Assembly: GCF_000143415.4 (NCBI RefSeq) | Contig: NW_003314277.1 | Span: 1,213,139-1,277,138, forward strand | Direction: 5' to 3' | Source of the DNA: Selaginella moellendorffii | Lineage: Eukaryota; Plantae; Lycopodiophyta | Length of the DNA: 64,000 bases | Part shown: positions 48,667 to 59,976 of the stretch, one piece after another | Numbering within the stretch: the first letter of the stretch is position 1 | Layout of the letters: every line of letters starts with the position of its first letter | Translations under genes and position numbers: made by a program | Notes under the pieces: model-generated | The model's database searches: none | Told to the model about the DNA's origin: nothing | The model's input: the letters and a program-made list of their open reading frames with translations, nothing else

Positions 48667-49379
48667 GAGAACGCTCTTCACCCTAAAATATGGAGTTCGT
48701 TGTGTTATAAAAGGAAACCAACACACACGCTGCAAGGGAATGATGGTACATAAAGCATGTAAGCCCACAATATGGGTTTATGTGCCATTAATATGGGCCA
48801 CACGCCATATTATTAGATTTATGCACGTGTGATTGGTAAATGCATATGTCACATCATCTTTGTTTTACCTCACACACTATATCAGGCCTAATGAACCATA
48901 TCACATGTGCGCATATGCTATATATATGGAGAAGTATTATGCAAGGATAGAAAAATTCAATGCATGATTGTGGAGAGCAATGGCATGAAGCCACATGCTA
49001 AATAACATTTTAGAGAAAGAATTAAAATAAAAACATGCAAACAATACTGAGTGGACCAAGACTTAGAAGTGCACAATTGAATGAGGTATTTCTAATAAAT
49101 ATTTCACTCACCTCATATAGGAATGGCTACCACTCTCAAATGGCGTATCGCCTCATGCCATCACCTCGCAATTTGTTATAACAATCCGATGAATTCATAT
49201 TCGGCTTGTTCACCTTGAACTTTAAGTAAGATTTGCTAGAACAACTAAGAATTTATACTTGTTATTTGTATCATCTCACCTAGGAATGGCGTAAGGCCAC
49301 ATGCCATCACGCCTCCTTTGATTCAGATTCGGATTGTTCACCTTGAAATAAAATACATTAGAAACTTAGTAAAGGAATA

Positions 49380-52191
49380 TTAATGAATCTCACCTTGAAC
49401 CCGGGCTATGAATGCTCTTGCTGCATCTCTTGCATGGTCTGGCAAGGTGATGGTGGCACTCTGCTTCCGCATCCAACCATGCACAACATTATCCACCGAT
49501 ATGCTCATGCTGGGATCCCTTGGATTCAGCACCCATCTCTTTTCTAGGCAATCCTTCGTATATCCGAAACATGGCTTGAACCACTCCACAGTTACATTAA
49601 AGGAGTTAGTTTCCGCGTCCTCCTCTGCATCAGTGATGCAGCGCCCCACCCATATCATTTGTTTTTTATTACTGGGTCTGACAAGCACGACCATTCCTTT
49701 GCAGACCTGTACTGGATTGAATGCTGAATCCGGCTTCTTGTTCCTCGGCCCACAATAGTGATCATCAACATCGTTATCTGTCACTGCATTTCCAGAGGAC
49801 ATTGTTCCGCTACTATCTGGTGCTCTGGGTTCTGGCCAAAAGGACTCTTCCAATTCTTCATATACAACTGGCCCATTTTGGATAGCAGATATAATCTTCT
49901 CCCAGTATTCGATCAAAGGCTTGCACCTCTGAAAATAGGATTCTCCACCAAACACCAACCCCCTCTTCCAGAAGGCAATATGCTGTCTAATCCCGGCCAC
50001 TATACTTTCCTGGTCTTTGAGTCCATCCGGGTGTATCGGCCGTGGGGAACCCTGAGGAATCATAGGTTCCCCAGTTATGGGATCTCTCTTGAAGACTTCA
50101 ATGCCGTCCACTGGCAGCCACACTGTGTCCCATTCTCTCATCTTGTACCTCATCACTGGAGCACTGTCGCGCATGCTGAAATGAAATTGAAGAGGCTTGG
50201 AGTGGCCAATCAGCGTTTCGGATCCGTCCCTAATGTAGCCTCTTACAAACCCCTTAAAGTCTGGAACCTCTGTCACAAGTGCAGCTTCAACAGTGCCTTT
50301 GATGCAATTTTGGAATTCATCGTAGAGTTGTGGGAGGGTGAGGACATTGGATCGCCGGAGGGACTCTGCCAGGTGACTGAACATGGCATCGACGTCTTCA
50401 TGAGTGTGCCCAACTATGAGAAAGCCAAGTGTAACCGTTTCAAATATGCCTTTGGCAACAAGCATCGCCAAGTACGCGAAGACGTACATGTTTTTGTTCT
50501 CACTGCCAGCATTGTCTGTTTGGAGCAGAAGATGGGGTGGAAGGCCACATCGGCCGCAAGAACTTCCTTGAGATTCTACTTCGTTTGGATGAGGCTGTGC
50601 ATTCACTGGGCGACCAGCCTCGTCGGAATGGCATGAGGCCTCACGTGATAACCCTACAATCTGACGGCCAACATATTCACTAGGATGGCATGGGGCCCCA
50701 CGCGATACTGCAAGCCTTTGCTCCTCCTCCAGCTGAACCCTGTATGGGGTTCGATCGACAAGGGCCTTATGCAAGGGTTGGCCGTTCAGCTCAGTCTGCG
50801 CACTTTGTAGAGACTTTAAGTGTTTTGCTAGGGACGCAATCATCATGTTTGCACCCCCGCCACCCCATAGAGGTACAAAGAAGTTCCCATAGTTCTGGGC
50901 ACCATGCCCATGAGCGATTATGCCAAACAGAGACACAGACAGCTGCATGGATGAAGAGATTGCCTTGGGGGCAGGATTGAGTCGAGGTAAGCATGTCTTT
51001 TTCTGGTCCATTTTGTCATGGATGATGCAGAGGTAAGAGTCAGGTCTCTCCATGGAGAGAATCCTGTTATGATAATATGCAGTCCTGCAGCTTCTCTGCT
51101 CGATGTTGGGTGTCTCGTGTTCCATCTTCCAAGAGGCGGGTTTTATGTGGTTGCTGCTCGCTACATGTCTTGACAAACCTCTTGAAGATTGCCTCTCCAT
51201 ATACAACATGACCCCTGGTTTTGTGCGTACCATCATTCCCATGGACTGCCTGTTGAACCCTTTGTTCCTCGAACTCAGTTTTGATTCTGTAGAATGTGGT
51301 TCGAGGGACTCCATAAATGATTCTCCATGCCTTCATGCAGACCAAACCCCTCTGGAAGACCATGCCCCCCACCTGATGTTCTGAAGCATCAACAGATGAC
51401 CGTAATGCCTCATACACAAAATTGCGAGCTGCCTTCCAGGACAATGTCTTGTATCTTGCTCTCTCCTCTTCAATAGCATCCCAATCAGCATGTTGACAGC
51501 ACCTCCTCTTGCAACAAGCAACTGTCGAGACCATTCGAACCTCCATCGCCATTTTCTGCCTTTTCGGTTCGTTGCTCAGATCCCTTTGGCTGCGCTTTAG
51601 GAAGGTGTACTTTCTTTTCCCATGAAGAGATGTTCTGTCATCAGTTGTAGTGGTGTTTGATTGTGAATCCTTCACATTCTCAAACACTAAGTGCCTCAAT
51701 TTCCACCGCACAATGCTTCCAATAGTCAGACTGTTTTCTTCTGTGTCAACAACCTCTAAAATCGCAACTCCAATATCATCCCAGCCTAATTCTTGATTAG
51801 CAACCGCATCTCTTGGATCGACAACTGTGGCTAAGCCCTCAGCTACCACCTCCCCCTCGGGGTTGTTTAGAAACACCTTTGCCTGAATCCATGTAGCATG
51901 GTTCTTAAGATCCACGGAGGGAACATGCGTCACACTTGCGCTGTCCCCAACATCTGCTTTCTTCTGAAGATTTTTCAAGGCAACAACAACATTTACCCCG
52001 ACGACCATCTCTCCTCGTTCAATAGCAACCACATTCCCATCGAAGACAGTCTCTACTGATACAGCAGCATTGCCTTCCCCAAGCCTTTGACAGTGTATAA
52101 CAAAGTTCCGATCCATAGACACAAAGGTCCCTTTTGCAACTCTCTTCCCACCATTCAAAATGTAAACCTTTTCCCCAACCCTGAAGGCCAT
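49380..52191 (-). pseudogene. DDD-type (Sola-like) transposase split into two frames near 51100
   Basis: N-part (52191-51067): two tandem beta-rich repeats, CCKRRC and VCMKAWRIIYG...HGN. C-part: YLCIIHDKMDQKKT, LLLQTDNAGSENKN, FLIVGHTHEDVDAMFS. Frame change with apparent loss of intervening sequence at ~51100. Splice acceptor directly before the ATG. Confidence 0.8.
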
Positions 52192-52555
52192 TCTGAAAGT
52201 GCAGAAAAGAAGTTAAGACCATACAAAAAATGATTGGAGAATGGCCTAAATCATAACATACCAAAAAACCTCAATAGCATGAGGCCACATGCCATTATTC
52301 AAACATGCTATTACACCCACGTGAAATTTCGCATTCACAAAATTGGCATGAGGCCTCATGCCATCTTGATATACACACAGCTGCAGGCAAGTAAAAACAT
52401 ACATGACAATACGCTAGCCATGAAATTGCAAGGGCCCAAGATGGCATGTGGCCTCATGCCATTTCTAAATGTGGTCCTAAGCCATTCCATGGTGAACATA
52501 CCAGGAAGCACAAGTGCCGAATATCAAGAGGAAGCGGTAGCCACACCAAAGACAG

Positions 52556-52690
52556 TGCCGCTCGCAACACCGCAACTACTCGTAGCGCCGCTCGCAACAC
52601 CGCAACTGCTCGTAGCGCCGCTCGCACAAACTGCCACTCGCATAAACTGCCGCTCGCAATGGCGCTCGCAATGCCGCAACCGCTCGTAGA
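52556..52690. repeat. GC-rich 30-bp tandem repeat upstream of the transposase
   Basis: GCCGCTCGCAACACCGCAACT(A/G)CTCGTAGC x2 plus degenerate copies. Confidence 0.75.
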
Positions 52691-54420
52691 CGCATAAACC
52701 ACAGCTCACAACGCCGCTTACACAAGCAGCGTTGACTGCGCTCAGCGGAACCAAGAACACGGCGCACAAAAATGATAGACCTAGGAATGAGTTCGAGAAT
52801 TCAAAAATAACACACGCTTGAACGTCACATCAAATCCTCTGACAAACCAAATCTTATGATTCCTCTGACAAATTTCAAACTGAGTAGCTTCTAGACTTTG
52901 GTGTCGGAGGTTGAACTTTGTCACATCATGTCCTTGCCTTGATCCAGCTGTGCCATGTCAGTGATTCGAACTTTGCCATGCCATGTCAGCGATCCGCGCC
53001 AAGATTATTCGCCGTGTAAAGGAATAATTATGCTGTGTGTGTACGTCCATTTATAGCAATATAAGGCCACATGCCATTCAAAGAATAATGCTAGTCGAGC
53101 ATTTTTTGGTGCATTTTTGGGTTCAAAATTGCATGAGCCCACACACTATAAAGTTTACCTGTACCAAAAATAGAAACAGCTTTATTTACTTGGGAATTTA
53201 AGTGGTTGAGGCATTTTTAAACTTACAAACACATGCCCTACTTACATTCCTTTGATTGCTTAAAATTCAAAAATATTATAAACCTTTCTTTTTGCATTTT
53301 CAATGTTTTCAATTATGGTTTTTGATTTTTGCAGGACCAGCCTAGTAATCTATTTGCATCCCGTCATGTTTATAGCTAGCTTTCGTTTGTCCCCTTCGCT
53401 AGCCTGAGATACATCTGCTCGGCATCTGCCTCTTACAGCATTTGCCCAGAAAGGGCATCTTTCTTCACGCAGCATTTGCCACATGTTTAAGGTTTAGGGT
53501 TTAGGGTTTAGCAATTCAGTAGCTTGATAAACATGCAAATACAAAACCTGATGCAAAATCCTTTGATATGTCACAATGCCCCTAGGACCATAAACACATT
53601 TCAATAGAGAAGGTCCTTTCATTTCATAACTCCTTACGTAGATCTTGGTGAAACTAGAATTAGTGAAGTTAGTTTCTTGTGATCCCACATCTGATTGTGA
53701 TGTCCCTTTGCAGTGTCGATGGAAAGGTCAATGCACACCAAACTGTAAAATCTTGGAGCAAAATAACGGTCAGATCTATGGCAAATGCCCCTGAAATATT
53801 GTAAGGCTCGTGTGGTCTCATGTGGTGTCCGATCGAGATGCTTCTTTTCAGGGTCATCAAGAAAGACATTGTATACCATTCTGTAAAATCTAGTTGCGAT
53901 CTAACGGTTGGATCTCCAGAAAACTCAAAAAAATCTCGCGCGTGTTAGAATATTCTAGGAATATACTCCTATGTGCCCCTGAAAATGGCATGCGGCCCCA
54001 CGCCATTCAAGAGATAACGCCAGATGACGCCGAGCATTTTTTGGTGCAATTTTTGGGATCAAAATTGCATGAGCCCACACGCTTGAACATCACATCAAAT
54101 CCTCTGACAAACCAGATCTTATAATTCTATCTGGCATTTTTGGAAATACAAGATGCTTTGGAATATCCAATCATGCATGGTATAAATATAGCGAGGGTAT
54201 TAAATGATATCCCAATCATGATCTTTCTTTTGGATTTCGCGTGCATGCAGTCCGAGGAATGATGACGTTGCGGATTTCTTTTGGATTTCACGTGCATGCA
54301 TGCGCGCGGCGATCCAGAAATTAATGGTGGCGCCCAAGTCCGAGGAATGATGACGTGGCGGGATTACCAACCGTCGTGACATTTCGCGCGTGTGAGGTTA
54401 GGTTTTGCATTTTGCATCGT

Positions 54421-54530
54421 ACTCGCGCTCGTACACTCGCGCTCGTACACTCGCGCTCGTACACTCGCGCTCGTACACTCGCGCTCGTACACTCGCGCTC
54501 GTACACTCGCGCTCGCACACTCGCGCTCGC
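54421..54530. repeat. 14-bp tandem repeat ACTCGCGCTCGTAC x~8 upstream of the cargo gene
   Basis: Six perfect and two variant units directly visible. Confidence 0.9.
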
Positions 54531-54874
54531 ATCGCGCTCCCACTCGCGATCACGCTCACATTCGCGCTCATCTACCTTCTCTACAGGTTTCTCGTGTGCA
54601 TTGGCGTCCACTCGTGCTTGCATCACACTCGCGCTCGCATCGCGCTCGTGTGCATCGGCGTCCACTTCAAGACACACCCAGTTTGTAACTTCGCCGCCAA
54701 CTCCGCCGCCCACTCCGCCACCCACACGCAGCCCACTTGGCGTCCCGGGAGATTTCAGCGCCACTCTCCAACTGTAAGTGGCAGAGTAGCCTTGCTGCTA
54801 CGATCCGCTGCACACACAGTGCACATTCGCCAGCGAGTCCGGCCTCGATTGTCACGGCCTCCATTCGGCTTCAA

Positions 54875-57800
54875 ATGGTAAGTCTTTTAGGCCAAGTAGA
54901 AAATGGCATGAGGCCACATGCCATTCAGTAGCAACATTGGCATGCACCGATTGGGCTCTCGAGTGCAGTCCGGTTACAGATGGCGTGTAGCCTCACGCCA
55001 TCTTAGGATGCAGCCTCAAGACATCTGATGCAGTGGTGAATGGCGTGTGGCCTCACGTTATTTCCAGCTGCTAGCTTTTCATCTGTCAGCTCTAATTGTT
55101 GTGCATTTCTGAACAGGCGAGGAATTGCGTTCTTCTTCCAGCCACTGTCAATGTGGATGTAGAGAAGGGGGAGGAGCTCACCAGTTGGACTTTCGGGATG
55201 GAAGGCGAGGATCTGAGGCTGTACAACACAGATGGTGGGAGAAAAGAATGCATGGGGATCCTCATCCAAGTGACAGACACTCCATGCAGTTCCATCCAAG
55301 AATATGGACTGGCACTTGTGGTAGAGATAGCGTCCGCCTTCAAGATCCACCTTGCACATCCTAGCGGCTTCCCAGAGGGGGGCAGCGGCTATGAGGAATT
55401 CCTAGAGGGAGCTAGGGAGAGGTTGTCCAGGAGGCCCACAATTTCAAAGACACTGCGGGTCTATGAAGATCACATGGAATCCACGGACCTCACCTACGGC
55501 GATGTTCAAAAACTATATTCCAACATTGAGACGTTGAGAGTGCCTCCAGTTCGCGAAGCAAAGGGGAAGGGGGTCAATCTGGAAACTACCCCGAAGCAGA
55601 AAAGGGTGGTCAAGCTCAAGCCGACGTTCGACTCTCCTGCAGCTCCAAAAAAGAAGCTACTCGGTGATGCCATTGCCTCGGGTTCGAACACTACACCCAC
55701 CAAAAAGAAGAGCCGCAAAGAGCAGAAAGAGCAAGAAGAGGCAGCAAAAATCGTCGCAGATAATAGTACTTGTTACTATTCCAACAAAGTATATACAATC
55801 GACGTGAGCCGTATCGACATCCAAAGCAAATACAACCACAGGCTAGTATCTGATGAGTGGGTGGAGAAACTGAAGCAGAAGATGCTGGCAAGTCCAGTAA
55901 CACCCGACATCGCAGACGTGATCCCCTACTACCGAACAATGAAGGGTGAGACGAGGTTTCCAAACTTGATCAATAGGAAGGTGTTGGACGATCAGAACAT
56001 CCGGTTCTATGCCGTCTCCGGGCAGCATTCTAGCTTGGCGATGCAAGAGATAGTTGTGGATATTATGGTGGGCGAGGAGGTGAAGAAAGTCTTCAAGACA
56101 AGAGTTGTCCGCCTGATAAAAGGCAACTCGCCCCTCCGATCTATCATATCCATCTCCCACGCACAAAATGTCAAGCAAGAAACGTGCTACAAATCGGGTC
56201 TGCACGAGACATTGGCACGAACACGGAAGCTCTGGGTTCAACTGAAGAAGCCACAAAAACCAGGACATGGACGTGCACTAGCAACTAGCGCCTGGCAGGT
56301 AAGCCTCGTTGCATGTGGCATAGCATGTGGCCTCACGCCATTTCCATTGCAGGAATTCTCGAGTCTTCTCTCGAAAACACTGGGGGTCAATGACACACTC
56401 AGCATCCATAACATTCTACTCGCGACAAAAGTTGTTTTTGACAAATGGGTAAATGTGCTGAGGAGGTACCATGACGGGGAGTTGCTAAACTCAATGGGTG
56501 TGGAGGACAGCCGGAAGCCCAATGATTTGAAGCTCAACGCCTTGCGTTTCTCGCGGTCTCTAGACAACGACGACCTTCTGACAGTGGCTAATGCTCTTCT
56601 ACGTGGTGAGGTAGTCTTCAACAAGACCAAAATGACTCCCGGCCATATTATGATATACGAGGACTTGTGCACGACTTTGAGAGCTCGTGCGCTATTGAAG
56701 GATTGGATCTTTGAGCAAGTGGCCGTGGAGAGGGTGAGCATCGACACCACGCAAGAGATGATGGAAGAGCTGGAGTTGTCAAATGAAGACATCGACGACT
56801 ACATGAAGGGGGCCCCCAAGTTCATCGATCTGCTACGGGATGCCACGAAAAGTAAAGCTGAGAAGTTGGATCAGTATCCAAATTTCATTAAGGGCCTTGT
56901 CGAACGAAGCTGGGAAGTCACTCCAGTCCCACTCTGCTGCAGGACCAATAACAAGGGCGAGTGTGAAGATGCGGACATTCGTCGGTATCTTCTTCTTAGC
57001 CATTATCCCATGGATCTCCTGCATCTCCTTGCCTTTTAACCGAGCCTTCACCTCGTTCAAGGGCAAATGCGTTGTCGAGTACAACTGTGGCGGACTATTC
57101 TTTCGAGCCGCACTACTCAAGGGTGTCCCGTGTGTTGCGGTGACAAACTCTATTGAAGAGGTGACTTCAATGAAGCATATAATTACAGTTGCCAAAGAAA
57201 AACAGTATCTTCTCTGCGAATCTGGTGAGTACGCACTTTAAGTTTAAATGTTATCTCACAAGCTCTGTATGCAGGAGCGTGGCCACCCCCAGATGCTGAA
57301 ACGGCGTTAACAGCTACTGTTGGGCCGAGCTCCTGCACAAGGTAAGGTCATGTGAGGCCTCACGCCATTTTGATTATAGATCGTTGTGAATATTCAGACA
57401 CGAGGACTGAAAAGCGCACTGGTGGCGCGTCGAAGAAGGACAAACAGACAAGCAATAGGAAAAAAGGAGGTACAAATTATATTTGCAATGGCGTGTGGTC
57501 TCATGCTATTCCTTGCAGGAGACACTTCTTCAAAAGCAAAACAGGCAAGCACCAGCCAAGCTCAAACTGACAGTGGTCATAAAAAGCGAAAGCACGTTGG
57601 ACAGTTGTCGGGATCAGAGGCGTTTGATTCGAAAAGGAAGAAGGGCAACGAAAAGATGATAGGTAATGCCTCGCGGTCACCACCTCCTGACTCAGATTCC
57701 TATGGCGGACTCCCCTTCCCCAATCTCAATGGAGAGGTACAATGGATGAGGGATGCTTTTTAAGTTAGGGCCACGTTTTTCTCATCTCGTCGTCTTCGAA

Positions 57801-59976
57801 GGGTGCAAGAACGTGCAAAAACCATGTTAAGACAGTCGGGTGAGGATACAGTCCTAGGTCATGCACTAAAACAGGCTATGGATGTCTTGTATTTTGAGAT
57901 GGAGACTCGGCCAGATGATTTTCCCAAGATGGTCCTGGAAGAACAAGCCATCCAGCCTGAGCAGCCTATGGAAGAAATGCAGGAGGGGGATGAGGAGCCA
58001 GAGAAAGATAATGAGCAGGAAGAGCAGAAGGACGAAGAGGAGGACAAAGAAGAGGAGGACGAAGAAGAGGAGGACGAAGAGGACTTGGATGGTCCTCACA
58101 ATGGTGACGATCACAATAACGACGATGACGATGATGATGACAATGGCCAGCCTAAGGTGGCCAAAGAGCAGCGGAGGAAGGTCATACAAGACAAACCATC
58201 ATGTAAATAATAGTACATCCATTCCTAACCTTTTACCATTTCTAACATTGTCCATGTAGGTTGCAAAGCAAATGGTAAGTAGAGATTATTCAGTTGAATT
58301 AAGATACAAACTCTAGCCTTTAGTGTCGAGGAAGGATAGTGCCAAGCAAGGGTCGAAACGTATGTCCAATCCTTCAGAATCAGCAGTGCGCCCAAGTGAT
58401 ATCGGTCCTAGTTCCTCAATAGCAGTTGATGGTAAATACAGTATAGTCGATTCAATGTGCTAATGAGTTTGTTTTTAGTAGCCAGTAGGGAGGATACCAT
58501 CTCAATCGAAGGGAGATATTTGGACATGCATATGGATCCGCCAGTGGACTCTACTTGCTTGCAAGAGTCATCAGAGCTGGTGGAGGCTACTATCCATATC
58601 AACGCCAAGCAAGCTGACCACGCTCCACTTGATGCTGCCCATACCACTGAGTCAATCTTGTCCACGTATCCAACTGACGGTGATCAGGCACCATTGGACC
58701 CGCATGAGGCTGCCCCAGCCGCCGAGCCGGTCGTATCCTCATTTCCAACGGACTCAACGTGTGCCCAATCGTCTGACTACGCGCCGTTGGAACCTCCCTA
58801 CACCGCCCCTGCTGCCTGTTCGGTCATGTCCACTTTGCCAACAGAGGCACCAGCTGAAATGGCGTGTGATCACACGCCATCGGAACCACCCCATGCCACT
58901 GTTGAGCCAGTTGTACCAGAGTCTACAGCTGAAATGGCATGTGCCCACACGCCATCAGATGCGATTGACCCCACATTGCAGAGGAGAGTATTTCTGCCCT
59001 TCACGTTTCCTCGACCAAAACCCTCTGAACGACCATCGGGAGCACCATTTGCTAATATTGTAGATGGTAAAATTGACTTGTACCATTTTTTATGCTGACG
59101 CATTTCATTTCAGAGTCATGGCGAAAGTACTGTATCGTTTTTGATCTGAACGGTGTCCTTTTCTCCCATGAGCGTGGCTCGTCCTCGAATGTCACTGCAC
59201 CCTCCAAAGCCTGCGGTCGCAAGTTGGTCAAAAGAGACAGATTCACATTAATCACACGGGAGAAACTGCGGGATCTAATAATGACCATACGACACTTAAA
59301 ACAGAGGGCCGGGTTCAATTTGCAATTGGGAGTTTGGACATCCATGATGCGCCACAATGCATTAACGTTGCTACAGATGATGCACGATCAGACGCGAGTA
59401 ATATTACCATTTGACTTTCTCCTAACGCAGGAGGATTGCTTGACTATGGTCCATGTGAGGGGTAGCAAGCCCATCTTCGTCAAGCCAGAGGTTGTAGTGA
59501 TGAACCGGACTGCTAGGTCAAGTGAAATCCTCATCATCGATGACTCGCCGATTAAAACTGCAGCGAACACGCACACATATGCAGTGCACCCCATCTCTTG
59601 CAGTATGGAAACTAGGGAGAAGAAACCGTATGTTCTGGGGGACCTTGCAAAACGGCTTGGAGCGATGGTGATAGAGAACCGGCCAGTCCAGGAGGTGGCT
59701 GCAGAAATCAACCAAATGGCAGATGGAACGGTATATCAGAAGCCATTTGATCGGACAGACACCAGTCATCATTTATGGCATGTATATTGTCTAGCCAAGC
59801 ACTATCCGCATCTCCATAATCTGCTCAACCGGATGGGTTCTTCGACCACTGAACATGAGCGTGGACGTATTAGAGAAGAGATGGCATTACTATTGGGTTT
59901 AAATCCTGATAGTGTGAAGAGTGATGAAATTCCAAGATTATTGTATAGGCGTTGGAGGCAAAAAATAACAGTCTGA
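54875..59976 (+). CDS. Transposon cargo gene, multi-exon: ParB/Srx-like domain, helical region, acidic tract, FCP1/SCP-like HAD phosphatase (may be two genes)
   Basis: ATG|GT at 54875-54878, acceptor 55116 in frame with the 647-aa ORF. ParB/Srx-like: IDVSRIDIQSKYNHRLVSDEWVEKLKQKM...FYAVSGQHSSLAMQEI. Introns 56299-56352, 57225-57274, 57342-57397, 57470-57518. Last exon: IVFDLNGVLF, LGVWTSMMRHN, ILIIDDSPIK. Confidence 0.7.

Noticed and set aside
54321-54881. ORFs with SRSYTRARTLALVH repeats
   Set aside because: Translation of the 14-bp tandem repeat
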